Shown here piece after piece: positions 19,818-30,899 of a DNA stretch of 64,000 bases (the first letter of the stretch is position 1; each line of letters starts with the position of its first letter). The notes under the pieces are model-generated. The model worked only from the letters and a program-made list of their open reading frames with translations. It had not been told where the DNA came from and ran no database searches. Where the stretch lies: positions 4,160,001 to 4,224,000 of the forward strand of contig OZ251518.1 of the NCBI GenBank assembly GCA_965242965.1, read 5' to 3'. The DNA comes from Candidatus Poribacteria bacterium. Lineage in GTDB: Bacteria; Poribacteria; WGA-4E; WGA-3G. A program made the translations under genes and the position numbers.

Positions 19818-20504
19818 CTACCGGTAACGCGTCGGATCGGGGATACCTGCCTCCGCAAAACCCCTCTTTCGGAGCAGACAACTATCGCAGCTGCCGCAGG
19901 CAGTGCCATCTGCACCCGGGTCATAGCAACTCAGCGTGAGGCTATAATCCACTCCGAGTTTCGCGCCGATTTGGATAATCTCCGCTTTCGTTTTGTCAAT
20001 GAGCGGCGTGCGGATTACAAGTTCGGTTCGTCCTTCTACGCCTGCGCGCGTCGCCAAATTCGCCATCGTCTGGTAAGCGTGGATGTATTCCGGACGGCAA
20101 TCGGGATAACCGCTGTAATCGAGGGCGTTGACACCGATGAAAATGGTATCGGCGGCAAGCACTTCTGCCCACGCGAGCGCGTAGGAAAGGAAAATGGTGT
20201 TTCGAGCCGGCACGTAGGTTATCGGGATGTCTTCTCCCATCTCCGCCTCCGAACGGTGCTTCGGCACCTCAATGTCTGCTGTCAACGCCGATGCGCCGAA
20301 CGTGCGAAGATCGATGTCAACAACGGTGTGCTGTTTGACACCCATCGCCTTCGCGATATTTTCGGCGCATGCCAACTCAACTTTGTGGCGTTGCCCGTAT
20401 CGGAAACTCATCGCATAGGCATCGTAGCCTTCAGCCAGCGCGATGGCGAGTGTGGTGGTGGAATCAATGCCGCCGCTGAGTAAGAGGACTGCTGTTTTGG
20501 TCAA
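19818..20504 (-). CDS. queC: 7-cyano-7-deazaguanine synthase
   Basis: [30 protein letters not shown]...CGSCDSC. Confidence 0.97.
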   Translation of the reverse strand: MTKTAVLLLSGGIDSTTTLAIALAEGYDAYAMSFRYGQRHKVELACAENIAKAMGVKQHTVVDIDLRTFGASALTADIEVPKHRSEAEMGEDIPITYVPARNTIFLSYALAWAEVLAADTIFIGVNALDYSGYPDCRPEYIHAYQTMANLATRAGVEGRTELVIRTPLIDKTKAEIIQIGAKLGVDYSLTLSCYDPGADGTACGSCDSCLLRKRGFAEAGIPDPTRYR

Positions 20505-20544
20505 TTTTTATCCTTTCTTTTTTTCATTACTTTTATCTATACAT

Positions 20545-20691
20545 GAGGGTGTTTCATAACTCCGTTTCGGTATTTATTCCCCCTTGGGGAGCGGGCGACT
20601 ACCGAGAGGGCATCGAGACCGGGAGGTCTCTCCTACCAGCAATAGCGCAGGGGCCTGTCACCGCGACGTTGAGCGATTATGAAACACCCTC
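20545..20691. mobile_element. Minimal MITE-like element (147 bp)
   Basis: TIR GAGGGTGTTTCATAA / TTATGAAACACCCTC; flanks ATCTATACAT / ATCCATACAT. Followed by a REP array to ~20998. Confidence 0.8.
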
Positions 20692-21029
20692 ATCCATACA
20701 TCGTAGGGCGAGGGCCTGTCCCTCGCCACGCCGCGGTTTGAACGAAAATCTCTTCCCTCTTCTGTTGAGCGCGCGAGGGACAGGCATGCGCCTTACGAAG
20801 GCAGAGTATTTTTTGCCTAGTTCGGCGACTCGCGAGGGACAGGCCCTCGCGCTACGGGGACTGAGAACGCGGCGAATCGCGAGGGACAGGCCCTCGCGCT
20901 ACGGGGACTGATAGCGCGGCGCATCGCGAGGGACAGGCCCTCGCGCTACGGAAACCGAGGGCGCGGACACATACGAGGGACAGGCCCTCGCGCTACGGTG
21001 CCCGAGGGCCGCTTTCTCGTCTCGCGTGG

Positions 21030-21557
21030 TTACGCCTTCTCAAACTCTAATTTGGCGAAGCGGAGGAAAATCCCGCCGCCCGGCTTACCGAAAGGCCCGT
21101 TGACAGCCAAGCAGGCGATGACATGCTTCGTTCCCGGTTCCGCGCTTTCGGAAACGACGACGCGCTGCGGTGCATTGAAACCTGAAGCGGCACCGCGCCC
21201 CGATTTCCCGAACGCCAGATCGATGGTGCCATCAACCCAGACCTCGCCGTAATCATCGATGCACGTGTGAAACCACACCTTTGAACCAGCGACTGAAACC
21301 CCATCGACTTCTTCGGGAAGCGTGACGGTAATCCGATACCATCCGAAGCAGAGGCCCGATAAGATAATCTCTTGGATATTCTCACAGATACCCCAGCCAG
21401 AGTCGTCGTATTCTGCGAGACGGGCAGGCGTTTCCGCGAGTCTATCGACGAGGCCGCCGTTCGGTTCACCGGGGACGAGCCCATCGGCGTAACGCCACTG
21501 CGCGTTAGTGAGTTGGAGGTGTTCCGCGTTTTCTAAATCCAATTCTGCAATAATCAT
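21030..21557 (-). CDS. Hypothetical protein, galactose-binding/GH2 sugar-binding-like fold
   Basis: YDDSGW, GWYRITVTLP, IDDYGEVWVDG. Start ATG 21557 after AAAGGAG. Confidence 0.7.
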   Translation of the reverse strand: MIIAELDLENAEHLQLTNAQWRYADGLVPGEPNGGLVDRLAETPARLAEYDDSGWGICENIQEIILSGLCFGWYRITVTLPEEVDGVSVAGSKVWFHTCIDDYGEVWVDGTIDLAFGKSGRGAASGFNAPQRVVVSESAEPGTKHVIACLAVNGPFGKPGGGIFLRFAKLEFEKA

Positions 21558-21679
21558 TGTATCTCCTTTTCGCCCGGGCGGAGATAGAGAGAGCCGCCCG
21601 GACAATTTGTTTAACCATATCTCAAGCTCTGTAGTTCGGGCTCGCCTGAGCCCGAACGGCAGCCGCCCGGACAATGTGT

Positions 21680-22837
21680 TTAACCATCTCGCCAAAGCTG
21701 ATAAGCAATGGCTGTTGAAACCATCAGGAAAATGCCTGAGACAATAAATGGCATCTGAATCGAGAAGTTCACCAGAAACCCGCTGGCAACGTAACCCGCA
21801 AGAAATCCGGTACTCCATGCCAAGTGTGTTATTCCGACACCGTGCCCTTTTTCATCGGGCGCGGTGAATTCGTTGATAAAGCGCGGGATAGTCGTTGACA
21901 ATGCCCACGCTGCGCCAGTGCCAAGCACGCCGAACATCTCAAGGGCGACGAGCGACTGATGAGAGAATACCAAGCCGAAAGCAAGCAGCGTCACGAGGCA
22001 GTTTGCTACAAAGGCAGGCGCGCGGTGCCCAAAAGTATCACAGAGTTTCCCTGTAGCCAGTTGGCACCCGAAAGCGAACAACAAACTGATTGCGCCGTAA
22101 TAACCGGTAGTTTTGACACCGGCTATCCGTGAAATCAGCACGGGCATCAGCAGATTCACGGAGCCCCAATAGTAGGTTGGCAATAGGCGTAAACCGATGA
22201 GCATCCGCATCTCGCGCCGGCGACTCAAGTTCAGATACGCTTGAAATGCGTCTATCCCGAAGGTTTTTGAGCGCGTCTCGCGTGCTTGCCGAACCTTTGG
22301 TAAGAAGAGACACGCCCCTAAAAATAGGATGCCTACCAGTAACACCGCGCCGCCACCGAAAACGCCGTAACCGATGCGCGCAATCACTTCCCCGGCTACT
22401 GCACTGCCGAACGCGCTCCCCAGCGTCGTGCTGATAAAATAGAGTGCCGTTGCCAGGCCTAGTTTATTCGGCGGCACCGCGCTGATGAGGTAAGATTGCC
22501 CACCGGCAGTTTTGAAGCCGGAGGCGATGCCCTCATAACAGAGAATGCCCCAGATAAACAGCGGCGTTTGTGTCGTAAAGAGTCCGCCGATTGCGATTGC
22601 GCCTGTCATGCCGAGGAGCAGCGTGAGTTTTCGTCCAAACCTGTCGCTGAGACTTCCGCCGATAAGTGCGGCTATGCCGCCGAGTCCAATCGGCAATGCG
22701 CGTAGCAACGCTGCAAAGAGCGCGTCTTCCGCCAAAACCTCCTCGGCGTAGACAGGAAATAGCATCAGCACAGGCCCTGTTACCAAGCCGATGACAAACA
22801 CGATGAGGCAGAGGAGAATAAAACCGGAACCCCACAT
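21680..22837 (-). CDS. MFS transporter
   Basis: GSLSDRFGRK motif A; about 12 TM segments. Confidence 0.92.
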   Translation of the reverse strand: MWGSGFILLCLIVFVIGLVTGPVLMLFPVYAEEVLAEDALFAALLRALPIGLGGIAALIGGSLSDRFGRKLTLLLGMTGAIAIGGLFTTQTPLFIWGILCYEGIASGFKTAGGQSYLISAVPPNKLGLATALYFISTTLGSAFGSAVAGEVIARIGYGVFGGGAVLLVGILFLGACLFLPKVRQARETRSKTFGIDAFQAYLNLSRRREMRMLIGLRLLPTYYWGSVNLLMPVLISRIAGVKTTGYYGAISLLFAFGCQLATGKLCDTFGHRAPAFVANCLVTLLAFGLVFSHQSLVALEMFGVLGTGAAWALSTTIPRFINEFTAPDEKGHGVGITHLAWSTGFLAGYVASGFLVNFSIQMPFIVSGIFLMVSTAIAYQLWRDG

Positions 22838-22876
22838 CGGAAAGATACCTCATCGTCCATTTATCCCTACCGGTGA

Positions 22877-24514
22877 CTATCGCAGGGTTTCCGGGAAATA
22901 CCGCATCAGACTCTCCGTGATGTTTGGTGCGGCGGTGCCGAGTCCACAAGCACTCGTCGCCTTCATGACTTCCCCAATTTCTTGGATGTGCGCGCTGTTT
23001 GCTTTGCCGTCAAGCATCTCCGTTAGCCGCTGTGTCCCGATGCGGCATGGGAAACATTTCCCGCACGATTCTTCGGCGAAAAATTCCATCGCGTTGCGCG
23101 CCACGTCTAACATGTCCCGCGTGTCATCAAACACCATAATTCCAGCTGCGCCGAGCATTGCGCCGACTTTTTGGAAACTGGGTTCATCAAGCGTGATGTC
23201 CAAATCCGCGCCTGCGATGAACCCCCCAGAGAGTCCTGCTGAAGTAATCGCCTGGATTGAGCGTCCTGTTTCAGGGCCGCCTGCCCAATCGTAGAGGAGC
23301 GTTTTGAGCGGCAATCCAAACGGGACTTCATAATTCCCCGGCAGCTGAATATCACCGGAGAGGCTAATGATTTTTGTTCCAGCCAAGTCCTCATCGTCAC
23401 TCAGGTTTTGATACCACGCCGCGCCGTGTCGTAGGATTTGTGCGGCGGCAGCGAGCGTCTCCACGTTATTTACTGCAGTCGGGAGGTTTTCAAAGCCGTG
23501 TGTTACAGGATACGGCGGCCTGTTTCTTGGAAAGGGATGCTTCCCCTCAAGGCTATTGAGCAGCGAACCTTCCTCTCCACAGACATAGGCACCTGCGCCT
23601 CTTCGGATATAAATGTGGAAATCAAACCCTGCGCCGAGGATATTCTCGCCGAGCAATCCCGCGGTTTCCGCTTCGGTGATTGCGCGTTCAAGCGTTTTCA
23701 AGGTTTGCGGATATTCATAGCGGAGGTAGATAAACCCGCGCGTCGCGCCCGTTGCGTAAGCGGCGAGCGTCATTCCCTCAAGGACAGCGTGCGGCGCGTA
23801 ATCCAGAATGACTCTGTCCTTAAAACAGCCCGGTTCGCCTTCATCGGCGTTGCAAACGACGGTTTTCGGTTCGCCGGGTGCATTCATAACCGATTCCCAC
23901 TTTGCCCCGGTAGGAAATCCCGCGCCACCTCTGCCTGCGAGTTGGCTATCCTTCAGCGCGGCGATTACCTCGGTTGGAGATGTTGTCACGGCGCGTGTTA
24001 ACCCTTCATAACCGCCGGTGCGTCGGTAACCTGCGAGAGTGTTGCGTTCCGGTTCACGAATCTCTGCAAAGATGCATTCTTCGTGCATGCCCGGATTCGG
24101 CGGCGGCAGCGGCGTGGCGTGAACAGCGAGTGCGTCCACGTTTCTTCCTGTCAACACCGCATCGCCTTTCAAGACTGGCACACAATCGTCGCATCGTCCC
24201 GCGCACGGCATCGGTGTGCCGCCTTCGCTTTTGAGCGCGTCAAGGATTTCTAATCCCCCTTTCAGTCGGCAGACGGGCCCCGTGCAGACGCGCGGGGCAT
24301 TTTTCCCCGGTGACTCGCTCGCAAAGTGGTGATAAAACGTTAACGTGCCGAAAAGTTCCGCCAACGGAATCCGCAGCCCGACTGCGATGTCGCGAAGTGC
24401 CGCTTCTGAAATGAACCCATCTCTATCATGGAAAGCGTGTAACACCGCGAGCAGCGGTGCCGGTGCCTCGCGAAATTGCGCAATCAACGCTTGGTTTGTG
24501 GCGGTGCCGTTCAT
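22877..24514 (-). CDS. NuoE+NuoF-like fused NADH/FMN diaphorase subunit (formate dehydrogenase beta/gamma-like)
   Basis: N-terminal NuoE part (TFYHHF, CTGPVC..CAGRC); GRGGAGFPTG, CNADEGEPG, GAGAYVCGEE, ESCGKCFPCRIG...CGLG. Confidence 0.9.
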   Translation of the reverse strand: MNGTATNQALIAQFREAPAPLLAVLHAFHDRDGFISEAALRDIAVGLRIPLAELFGTLTFYHHFASESPGKNAPRVCTGPVCRLKGGLEILDALKSEGGTPMPCAGRCDDCVPVLKGDAVLTGRNVDALAVHATPLPPPNPGMHEECIFAEIREPERNTLAGYRRTGGYEGLTRAVTTSPTEVIAALKDSQLAGRGGAGFPTGAKWESVMNAPGEPKTVVCNADEGEPGCFKDRVILDYAPHAVLEGMTLAAYATGATRGFIYLRYEYPQTLKTLERAITEAETAGLLGENILGAGFDFHIYIRRGAGAYVCGEEGSLLNSLEGKHPFPRNRPPYPVTHGFENLPTAVNNVETLAAAAQILRHGAAWYQNLSDDEDLAGTKIISLSGDIQLPGNYEVPFGLPLKTLLYDWAGGPETGRSIQAITSAGLSGGFIAGADLDITLDEPSFQKVGAMLGAAGIMVFDDTRDMLDVARNAMEFFAEESCGKCFPCRIGTQRLTEMLDGKANSAHIQEIGEVMKATSACGLGTAAPNITESLMRYFPETLR

Positions 24515-24751
24515 GACGATTTCTCCTTCCGATGAATTTCTTTATGCTATTTTACCAATTTTTCCAATTCATGTCAAGATTTTTTGTGCGAATAAAATTT
24601 GACATGATTCGGCAGCCATTCCCGAAAACTAAATTGTCCCGCGTTCTGCAATTTTTTTTCTTGCAACCAATTGCAAATTGTGATAATCTATATGAATACT
24701 TGCCTAACGGCAGAAAAATCATTACACAATCTCACGTTTTAAAGGAATATC

Positions 24752-26803
24752 ATGAAAAAATCTCATTCCCGACTCCTCTGGACAGGGTGCATCTTACTCA
24801 TCAGCGCAAGTTTGGCGCACAGCCAGCAGTATGTCATCGTTGACAGCGCAGACGGCGACAGACTCACAGGCATCTGGCGCGGTGCAAACGATACCGAATT
24901 TGAGGTTGACTATCACGGCCAGGTTTTGCGCCTCCCGCTTAAAGGACGCACCATCCGTTTTACGTCAAACTTGGAGCATGTAGCGGATAGAACCGCTGTT
25001 AAACACTTCCGCAATGGGCTCGATTTGCTGGAATTAAACTCGCCGGCACTCGCGAAACGGCGATTTGAAGCCGCGCTGGAAGAATTTCCGAAATACGCAG
25101 ACGCGCACTACCAACTCGGTTTACTGCATCAAGAAGCCGGGGAAACCGCAGCGGCGTTGGCACGCTTCCGTTCTGTCACGATGATAGATGCCGCCAGTTT
25201 TGAGCTCGTGCCGCTGTTGCGGCACATCGGCGACACTGCGCTCGCCGCCGAAAATTACACGACGGCCGTTGATGCTTATCAACTCATCTTGAACCATTAT
25301 CCCGAACACGAATCGGTAAGAACGCTCGGCTACCTCACCGGGTTCTTGCACGTGGAGCAATTGCGAGACACGGCGGCGGGACTCGTGCTGCTGGAATGGG
25401 CAATTAAGGAGTTCCCCGACGCGCCTCTCCATGAAAAAGCGGTATTCCAGATAGGCACACTGCAGGCAGAGACTGGGGAGCTAGACAACGCGCACCACAC
25501 CTTATCAGGTTTCTTGCAACGTTACCCAGAAAGTGAATGGAACAACGAGGCGCGCCTCGCCTTGGCTATCGTGAATCTCCGACTGGGGCGAAAACAAGAT
25601 GCGGCGACAGAGGCGAACCTCGTCCGGACGCTAAGCACCGAGCCCGCGCTCATCGAACGCGCAGAAGAAATCCTCGCTGAAAGCGCGTGGAACGTTTACA
25701 CCGAAGCGGAAGGACTACCGCACAACACTATCCAAGCCATCGCCATGAACGGAACGTATCTCTGGATAGGCACGCCGAAGGGCATCATGCTGGTTGAAAC
25801 CTATCTCAATGGCTGGATGCCGATTCCCTCGGTAGCAAACCTGATAAATACCCACTTTGAAACGGTGCCGGATGTCCGAACCATTGCTGTCCATGCAAAC
25901 GAAGTCTGGATTGGCACCCGAAATCAGGGCGCGCTCTACTACAATCAAGAGACGAACGAAACCAACCGGTACGCGCCACCCGATGCACTGCCGAGTGCCT
26001 GGGTGCGCGATATTCAGATAGATGACACCGAAATCTGGTTCGCGACGGACGCAGGCGTAGTGCGTCAACCTCGCGCTACCGGCGAACATCTGGTTTACAA
26101 CACACAGAACAGCTTTATCCCCACGGACGATGTCCACACACTGGCGTTAACCGATACAACCCTCTGGGTGGCTTCACAAGATGGCACAATAGCAACCTTT
26201 GACAGGCAGTTGCAGGAGTGGCAATCTTATCACTCCACTGAAACCGAAGAAGGCACCGCCATCGCCAAATTTGATGTCGCGGCGGAACAACTCCTCTTCA
26301 CGTGGTTCAACGCCAACTATCAGGCAAACGGCTATTTTCAGGCGGAATGGAATGGCGACAACGGGATATCTACGACACTCCTAACCGGTATTGAAGAACC
26401 TGCTGATTTAACGGCGATTTACATTGCCGGCGTTATTGATACATCGCCAATAGCGGTAAGCCCTAGTCCCGAAACACCGAACGGTGCAGTAGAAGAGAAC
26501 ACGGGTATCGAAACCTCGCCAGCGGAGACACCGCCCTCCGAAGGAGAGGAAGGTTTCCTTGAAAGCACCGAAGCCCCGGGCACCCCGCTTGTCCTTTGGA
26601 TAGCTACGAACGACGATGTCTTCGTCTACTATACCCGTTCAGGAGCCGACAGCGGCTGGAAGACAATCCGCACGCCTCGGACGCTCATAGGGGAGTCTAG
26701 GGCGCGGTGCATCGCCGTGGCGAATGATAAAGCATGGCTCGGCACATCCAACGGGTTAGCGACAATCAGCGCGCAGACGTTGAATAAGAGAGAGTTCCAG
26801 TAG
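24752..26803 (+). CDS. Secreted TPR + beta-propeller protein
   Basis: Signal peptide; TPR/BamD-like helices (YADAHYQLG, YPES); propeller repeats (GLPHNTI..LWIGT..G, VWIGT, IWFAT). Confidence 0.85.
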   Translation: MKKSHSRLLWTGCILLISASLAHSQQYVIVDSADGDRLTGIWRGANDTEFEVDYHGQVLRLPLKGRTIRFTSNLEHVADRTAVKHFRNGLDLLELNSPALAKRRFEAALEEFPKYADAHYQLGLLHQEAGETAAALARFRSVTMIDAASFELVPLLRHIGDTALAAENYTTAVDAYQLILNHYPEHESVRTLGYLTGFLHVEQLRDTAAGLVLLEWAIKEFPDAPLHEKAVFQIGTLQAETGELDNAHHTLSGFLQRYPESEWNNEARLALAIVNLRLGRKQDAATEANLVRTLSTEPALIERAEEILAESAWNVYTEAEGLPHNTIQAIAMNGTYLWIGTPKGIMLVETYLNGWMPIPSVANLINTHFETVPDVRTIAVHANEVWIGTRNQGALYYNQETNETNRYAPPDALPSAWVRDIQIDDTEIWFATDAGVVRQPRATGEHLVYNTQNSFIPTDDVHTLALTDTTLWVASQDGTIATFDRQLQEWQSYHSTETEEGTAIAKFDVAAEQLLFTWFNANYQANGYFQAEWNGDNGISTTLLTGIEEPADLTAIYIAGVIDTSPIAVSPSPETPNGAVEENTGIETSPAETPPSEGEEGFLESTEAPGTPLVLWIATNDDVFVYYTRSGADSGWKTIRTPRTLIGESRARCIAVANDKAWLGTSNGLATISAQTLNKREFQ

Positions 26804-26867
26804 GAAAACCCTCGGGCCCGATACAAAAATTGAAACAGGGGACCCGCCTACGAACCAGAGAGGACAG

Positions 26868-27695
26868 ATGATGCCGCAACAACCAACCTGCATCAAACTG
26901 ATGACACGCTGGCATCGCGCGCAACCGCAGCACGTTGAAGACGAACTCGTCGTTGAAGAACCGCTGGAAGTGCGCGTGAACCAAACGAGTCTCATCGTCG
27001 TTATGCGCACTCCCGGGCACGACTTTGAACTCGCGGCGGGGTTTCTCTATACGGAGGGACTCATTACGTCCAGTGATGACATTGATATCATCGCTTATTG
27101 TGAAGATAGCGAAGATAACATCGTCAACGTTGGCCTCGCGTCAGGGTTGCATCTGGATGCTGAGGCTGGCTGGCAGCGCAATTTTCACGCGAATGCAAGT
27201 TGCGGGCTCTGCGGGAAAATGACAATTGAATCTGTCAAACTTCAGGTGCCGGAAATATCAGTAGGGACAGATTTCCGGCTCTGTCCACAAACACTTTACC
27301 AACTCAACGCACGGTTGCGTGCATCGCAATCGGTTTTTGAAAAGACAGGTGGGCTTCACGCCGCCGGGCTATTCAATGAAAACGGCGAACTCTTAATTAT
27401 CAGAGAGGACATCGGCAGGCATAACGCCGTGGACAAGGTGATTGGACACGCGTTGTTGGCGGACATGCTCCCGTTAGCGCGGCACATTTTGATGGTAAGT
27501 GGACGCGCGAGTTTTGAGATTGTGCAGAAGGCACTCTTCGCGCGCATCCCGATAATCGTCGCCGTATCCGCCGCCTCCACTCTCGCCGTGGAACTCGCAC
27601 AGGAAGGCAACCTGACGTTAATCGGTTTCATGCGCGGGGAGAGCATGGCGGTTTATAGTTGTCCGGAACGTATCAATAAAAAACTATCCTTTTGA
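26868..27695 (+). CDS. fdhD: Formate dehydrogenase accessory sulfurtransferase
   Basis: EEPLE, MRTPG.D.ELAAGFL, SCGLCG, TGGLHAA, EDIGRHNAVDK. Confidence 0.96.
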   Translation: MMPQQPTCIKLMTRWHRAQPQHVEDELVVEEPLEVRVNQTSLIVVMRTPGHDFELAAGFLYTEGLITSSDDIDIIAYCEDSEDNIVNVGLASGLHLDAEAGWQRNFHANASCGLCGKMTIESVKLQVPEISVGTDFRLCPQTLYQLNARLRASQSVFEKTGGLHAAGLFNENGELLIIREDIGRHNAVDKVIGHALLADMLPLARHILMVSGRASFEIVQKALFARIPIIVAVSAASTLAVELAQEGNLTLIGFMRGESMAVYSCPERINKKLSF

Positions 27696-27747
27696 CGCGA
27701 CGTGTATCTATAAAGGTAAACAATCCTTACAAAGGAGCGACTTTCTC

Positions 27748-28038
27748 ATGAATTTCATTTTGAGCGGCATCCAGTGGACAGGCAATTTCCTATTTTTGGC
27801 AGTTGTCCTCGGCACCTTCATCGTTTCGTGGGTATACGCACATCGGTTGCGTGAACGCCACGGCGCGGATTTCCCGTGGAACAAAGCCGCCGGTATCATC
27901 GGCGTTGAAGTTCTACTGTGGATTGCGTTTAACGTGTTCTTGGAATTTTTCAAGGCATATTGGCTGCCGATTGCCATCATCGCGGTTGTTGTTATCGCTG
28001 TCATTCTCTCACGAAAGAAGAAGCGGCGTTATGTCTAA
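27748..28038 (+). CDS. Small membrane protein
   Basis: Three hydrophobic helices, basic C-terminus, RBS AAGGAG. Confidence 0.75.
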   Translation: MNFILSGIQWTGNFLFLAVVLGTFIVSWVYAHRLRERHGADFPWNKAAGIIGVEVLLWIAFNVFLEFFKAYWLPIAIIAVVVIAVILSRKKKRRYV

Positions 28039-28058
28039 CACCGAATCGCTTTTGGCCC

Positions 28059-28472
28059 GTAGGGCGGGGGCCTGTCCCCCGCCATTCCTCGGGCTACCCA
28101 TTATGAACGATCGCGAGGGACAGGCCCTCGCGCTACGGAACACAGAAAAACACTTTGGAACCCGTAGGGCAGGGGCCTGTCCCCTGCCATCCCTCGGGCT
28201 GCCCGAGCCTGAACGATCGCGAGGACAGGCCCTCGCGCTACGGAACACAGAAAAGCACTTCGGAACCCGTAGGGCAGGGGCCTGTCCCCTGCCATCCCTC
28301 GGGCTGCCGTAGCCTGAACGATCGCGAGGACAGGCCCTCGCGCTACGGAACTGAGCGGCAGCAATCGAGACCGGGAGGTCTCTCCTACATGAACGTTCGC
28401 GAGGGACAGGCCCTCGCGCTACGGAACAGAGAAAAGCCTGAACGTTCGCGAGGGACAGGCCCTCGCGCTACG
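28059..28472. repeat. REP tandem array
   Basis: Three ~100-bp units pairing GTAGGGC(A/G)GGGGCCTGTCCCC with GCGAGGGACAGGCCCTCGCGCTAC. Confidence 0.85.
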
Positions 28473-28537
28473 GAACGGAGAAGAGCCCGAACTACTGAAA
28501 CGAAACGAATCAAATCAACCTAATAAGGAGACAAAAA

Positions 28538-29590
28538 ATGCCACGTACAGGCAGAGCCGTAGTCGCATACGGCCAAGATTTTGAAATTCGCGAATATCCC
28601 GTGCCAGACCCGGCACCGAACACAGTCCTACTCCGGCAAGAACTCGCCGGTATCTGCGGCACCGACTTGCATAACTGGCAGAACGGTTTCCAACGCGAAA
28701 TCCTTCTGGGACATGAAAACGTCGGCATCGTTGAGGCAATCGGTGATGGCGTGGAGAACGACTATGTCGGCAAGCCGATTAAAGAGGGAGACAGGATTAT
28801 CTTCGCGCCCGGCACCAACTATGGCGGTTACGGGTTTCAGTGGAATCCGGACGAGGCACCCCATTTCCGTGGCGGCTTCGCCGATTACATGTATCTCACC
28901 TACCCGAACACCTGTTTTATGAAGACAGATGCGTCGCCTGAGGTAGCCGTGCTCACCGAACCTTTTACTGTCGGCGTGCATGCCGTCATGCGCGGCGAAA
29001 TCAAACTCGGCGATACCGTTGTCGTGCAAGGCTCCGGTGCCATCGGGTTGGTAACACTCGCCTGCGCGAAATTGAGCGGTGCGGCAAAGGTGATAATGGT
29101 AGGCGGTCCGGCCGGACGCTTGGAACTTGCCAAACGTCTCGGCGCGGATGTCACCATTGATATTGAGGAAGTCACTACTGTCGAAGAGCGCACCGAGTTA
29201 GTTAAGGCGGAAACCCCGCGTAAGGCAGGTGCCGATGTCGTTTTTGAGTGTGCCGGCTTCCTTCCCGCTACGCCGGAAGGACTCGGTTATACGCGTGCCA
29301 GCGGCACCTTCGTTGAAGTCGGACACTTCGTCGATATGGGTTCGATCGACTTCAACATCAACCAATTGCTGATGCGCAAGAACTTGCGCGTTGAAGCCAT
29401 CTGGGGTAGCCGTTATGAGCATTTCGTGCGCGGGTTGCCGCTGCTTGAAAATAGCGAGCTCCCCTTCGCCGACATGATCAGCCATCAACTGCCGTTATCA
29501 CAGGTGGAAGACGGTTTCAAGGCACTTGATGGCGGCTACCGCATCAACGGTGAAACGGCAATCAAAATTGCTGTCCGCGCCGAGGAATAA
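28538..29590 (+). CDS. Zinc-dependent (MDR) alcohol dehydrogenase
   Basis: GICGTD, GHE, GSGAIG. The structural-zinc Cys4 loop is absent. Confidence 0.92.
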   Translation: MPRTGRAVVAYGQDFEIREYPVPDPAPNTVLLRQELAGICGTDLHNWQNGFQREILLGHENVGIVEAIGDGVENDYVGKPIKEGDRIIFAPGTNYGGYGFQWNPDEAPHFRGGFADYMYLTYPNTCFMKTDASPEVAVLTEPFTVGVHAVMRGEIKLGDTVVVQGSGAIGLVTLACAKLSGAAKVIMVGGPAGRLELAKRLGADVTIDIEEVTTVEERTELVKAETPRKAGADVVFECAGFLPATPEGLGYTRASGTFVEVGHFVDMGSIDFNINQLLMRKNLRVEAIWGSRYEHFVRGLPLLENSELPFADMISHQLPLSQVEDGFKALDGGYRINGETAIKIAVRAEE

Positions 29591-29862
29591 ACCATCAAAT
29601 CCCGTAGGGCGATGGCCTGTCCCTCGCAATAGATTGAGGGTGTTTCATAAATTTATCCCCCTTGGGGGGAGGGCGAATACCGATAGAAAAGCCAGGGGGT
29701 GCCGGACATCGGCCCAACCCCTGTAGTTCGGGATCGCCCGATCCCGAACAGGTCAGGATCAGGCGATCCTGACCTACAGGGGTGATGAGGATTGCCCAGC
29801 AAAACGCCCGGCGAAGGATATGCCCCTACCCTACAAACTAGAATTTTTAAGGAGTCAAACCT

Positions 29863-30882
29863 ATGTCAAAAACTTATCGCGTCGGCTTCGCCTCCCTCGT
29901 GCATGACCACGTCTGGGGCGAACTCCGTCACTGGAAGGCGCATCCGAACGTTGAAATTGTCGCCGCCGGCGATATTAATGCCGAACTCCGCGCCCAGTTT
30001 CAAGCCGAGGCAGGCGTTGACAACGTCTACGCCTCTTGGCAGGAAATGTTGGAGAAAGAAACGTTAGACATCGTCCAAGCGGCAGCCGAGAACAACGCCG
30101 GTCCAGACATCGTTGAAGCAGCGGCGGCGAAAGGCATCCACGTCGTCTCAGAGAAACCGATGGCGGCGCGCTTGTCGCAGGCGGATCGGATGCTTGCCGC
30201 CGCCGAAAACGCCGGCACCTTACTCATGGTGAATTGGCCGACAGCGTGGAGCCCCGCGCTGAACACCGCAATGAACCTCATCAAAGAGGGGAAACTCGGC
30301 GATGTTTTCTACTTCAAGTGGCGTTCCGCACACAACGGTCCCAAGGAAATCGGCTGCTCCCGCTACTTCTACGAATGGCTCTACGATGAGGAGAAGAACG
30401 GCGCGGGCGCATTAATGGACTACTGCTGTTATTGCGCCGATATGTGCGCCTATCTCCTCGGACTGCCGCAACAGGTGACGGCTTTCCGCGGCACGTTCGT
30501 CAAGGACTATCCGATCCCCGATGACAACGCCGTTATCCTCATGAAATACGGCAACGCCTTCGGGATTACGGAGGCATCTTGGACACAGAAGGTGGGCTAT
30601 GTCACGCCGAACCCGGTGGTTTACGGCACTGAGGGCGCGCTGATAGTCAGCGGTAATGAGGTGCATCTGCATCCCGCCGGTGGCGACGCGCAAGTGATTA
30701 CCCCGGAACCACTTCCCGAAGGTTCACGCAACGCAGCGGAGTATTTCATTCGCTGTCTTGGAACCGGCGCGCCGATCGAGGGACTCTGCAACGCAAAAGT
30801 CAGCCGCGACGCGCAGGAAATCTTAGAGGCGGGGCTCGTTTCCGCAGATAGCGGACAGGTAGTCAACTTGCCGATGACGTAA
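29863..30882 (+). CDS. Gfo/Idh/MocA oxidoreductase
   Basis: GIHVVSEKPMA, GAGALMDYCCY. Confidence 0.92.
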   Translation: MSKTYRVGFASLVHDHVWGELRHWKAHPNVEIVAAGDINAELRAQFQAEAGVDNVYASWQEMLEKETLDIVQAAAENNAGPDIVEAAAAKGIHVVSEKPMAARLSQADRMLAAAENAGTLLMVNWPTAWSPALNTAMNLIKEGKLGDVFYFKWRSAHNGPKEIGCSRYFYEWLYDEEKNGAGALMDYCCYCADMCAYLLGLPQQVTAFRGTFVKDYPIPDDNAVILMKYGNAFGITEASWTQKVGYVTPNPVVYGTEGALIVSGNEVHLHPAGGDAQVITPEPLPEGSRNAAEYFIRCLGTGAPIEGLCNAKVSRDAQEILEAGLVSADSGQVVNLPMT

Positions 30883-30899
30883 CGGGTATTTCCCTCTGG

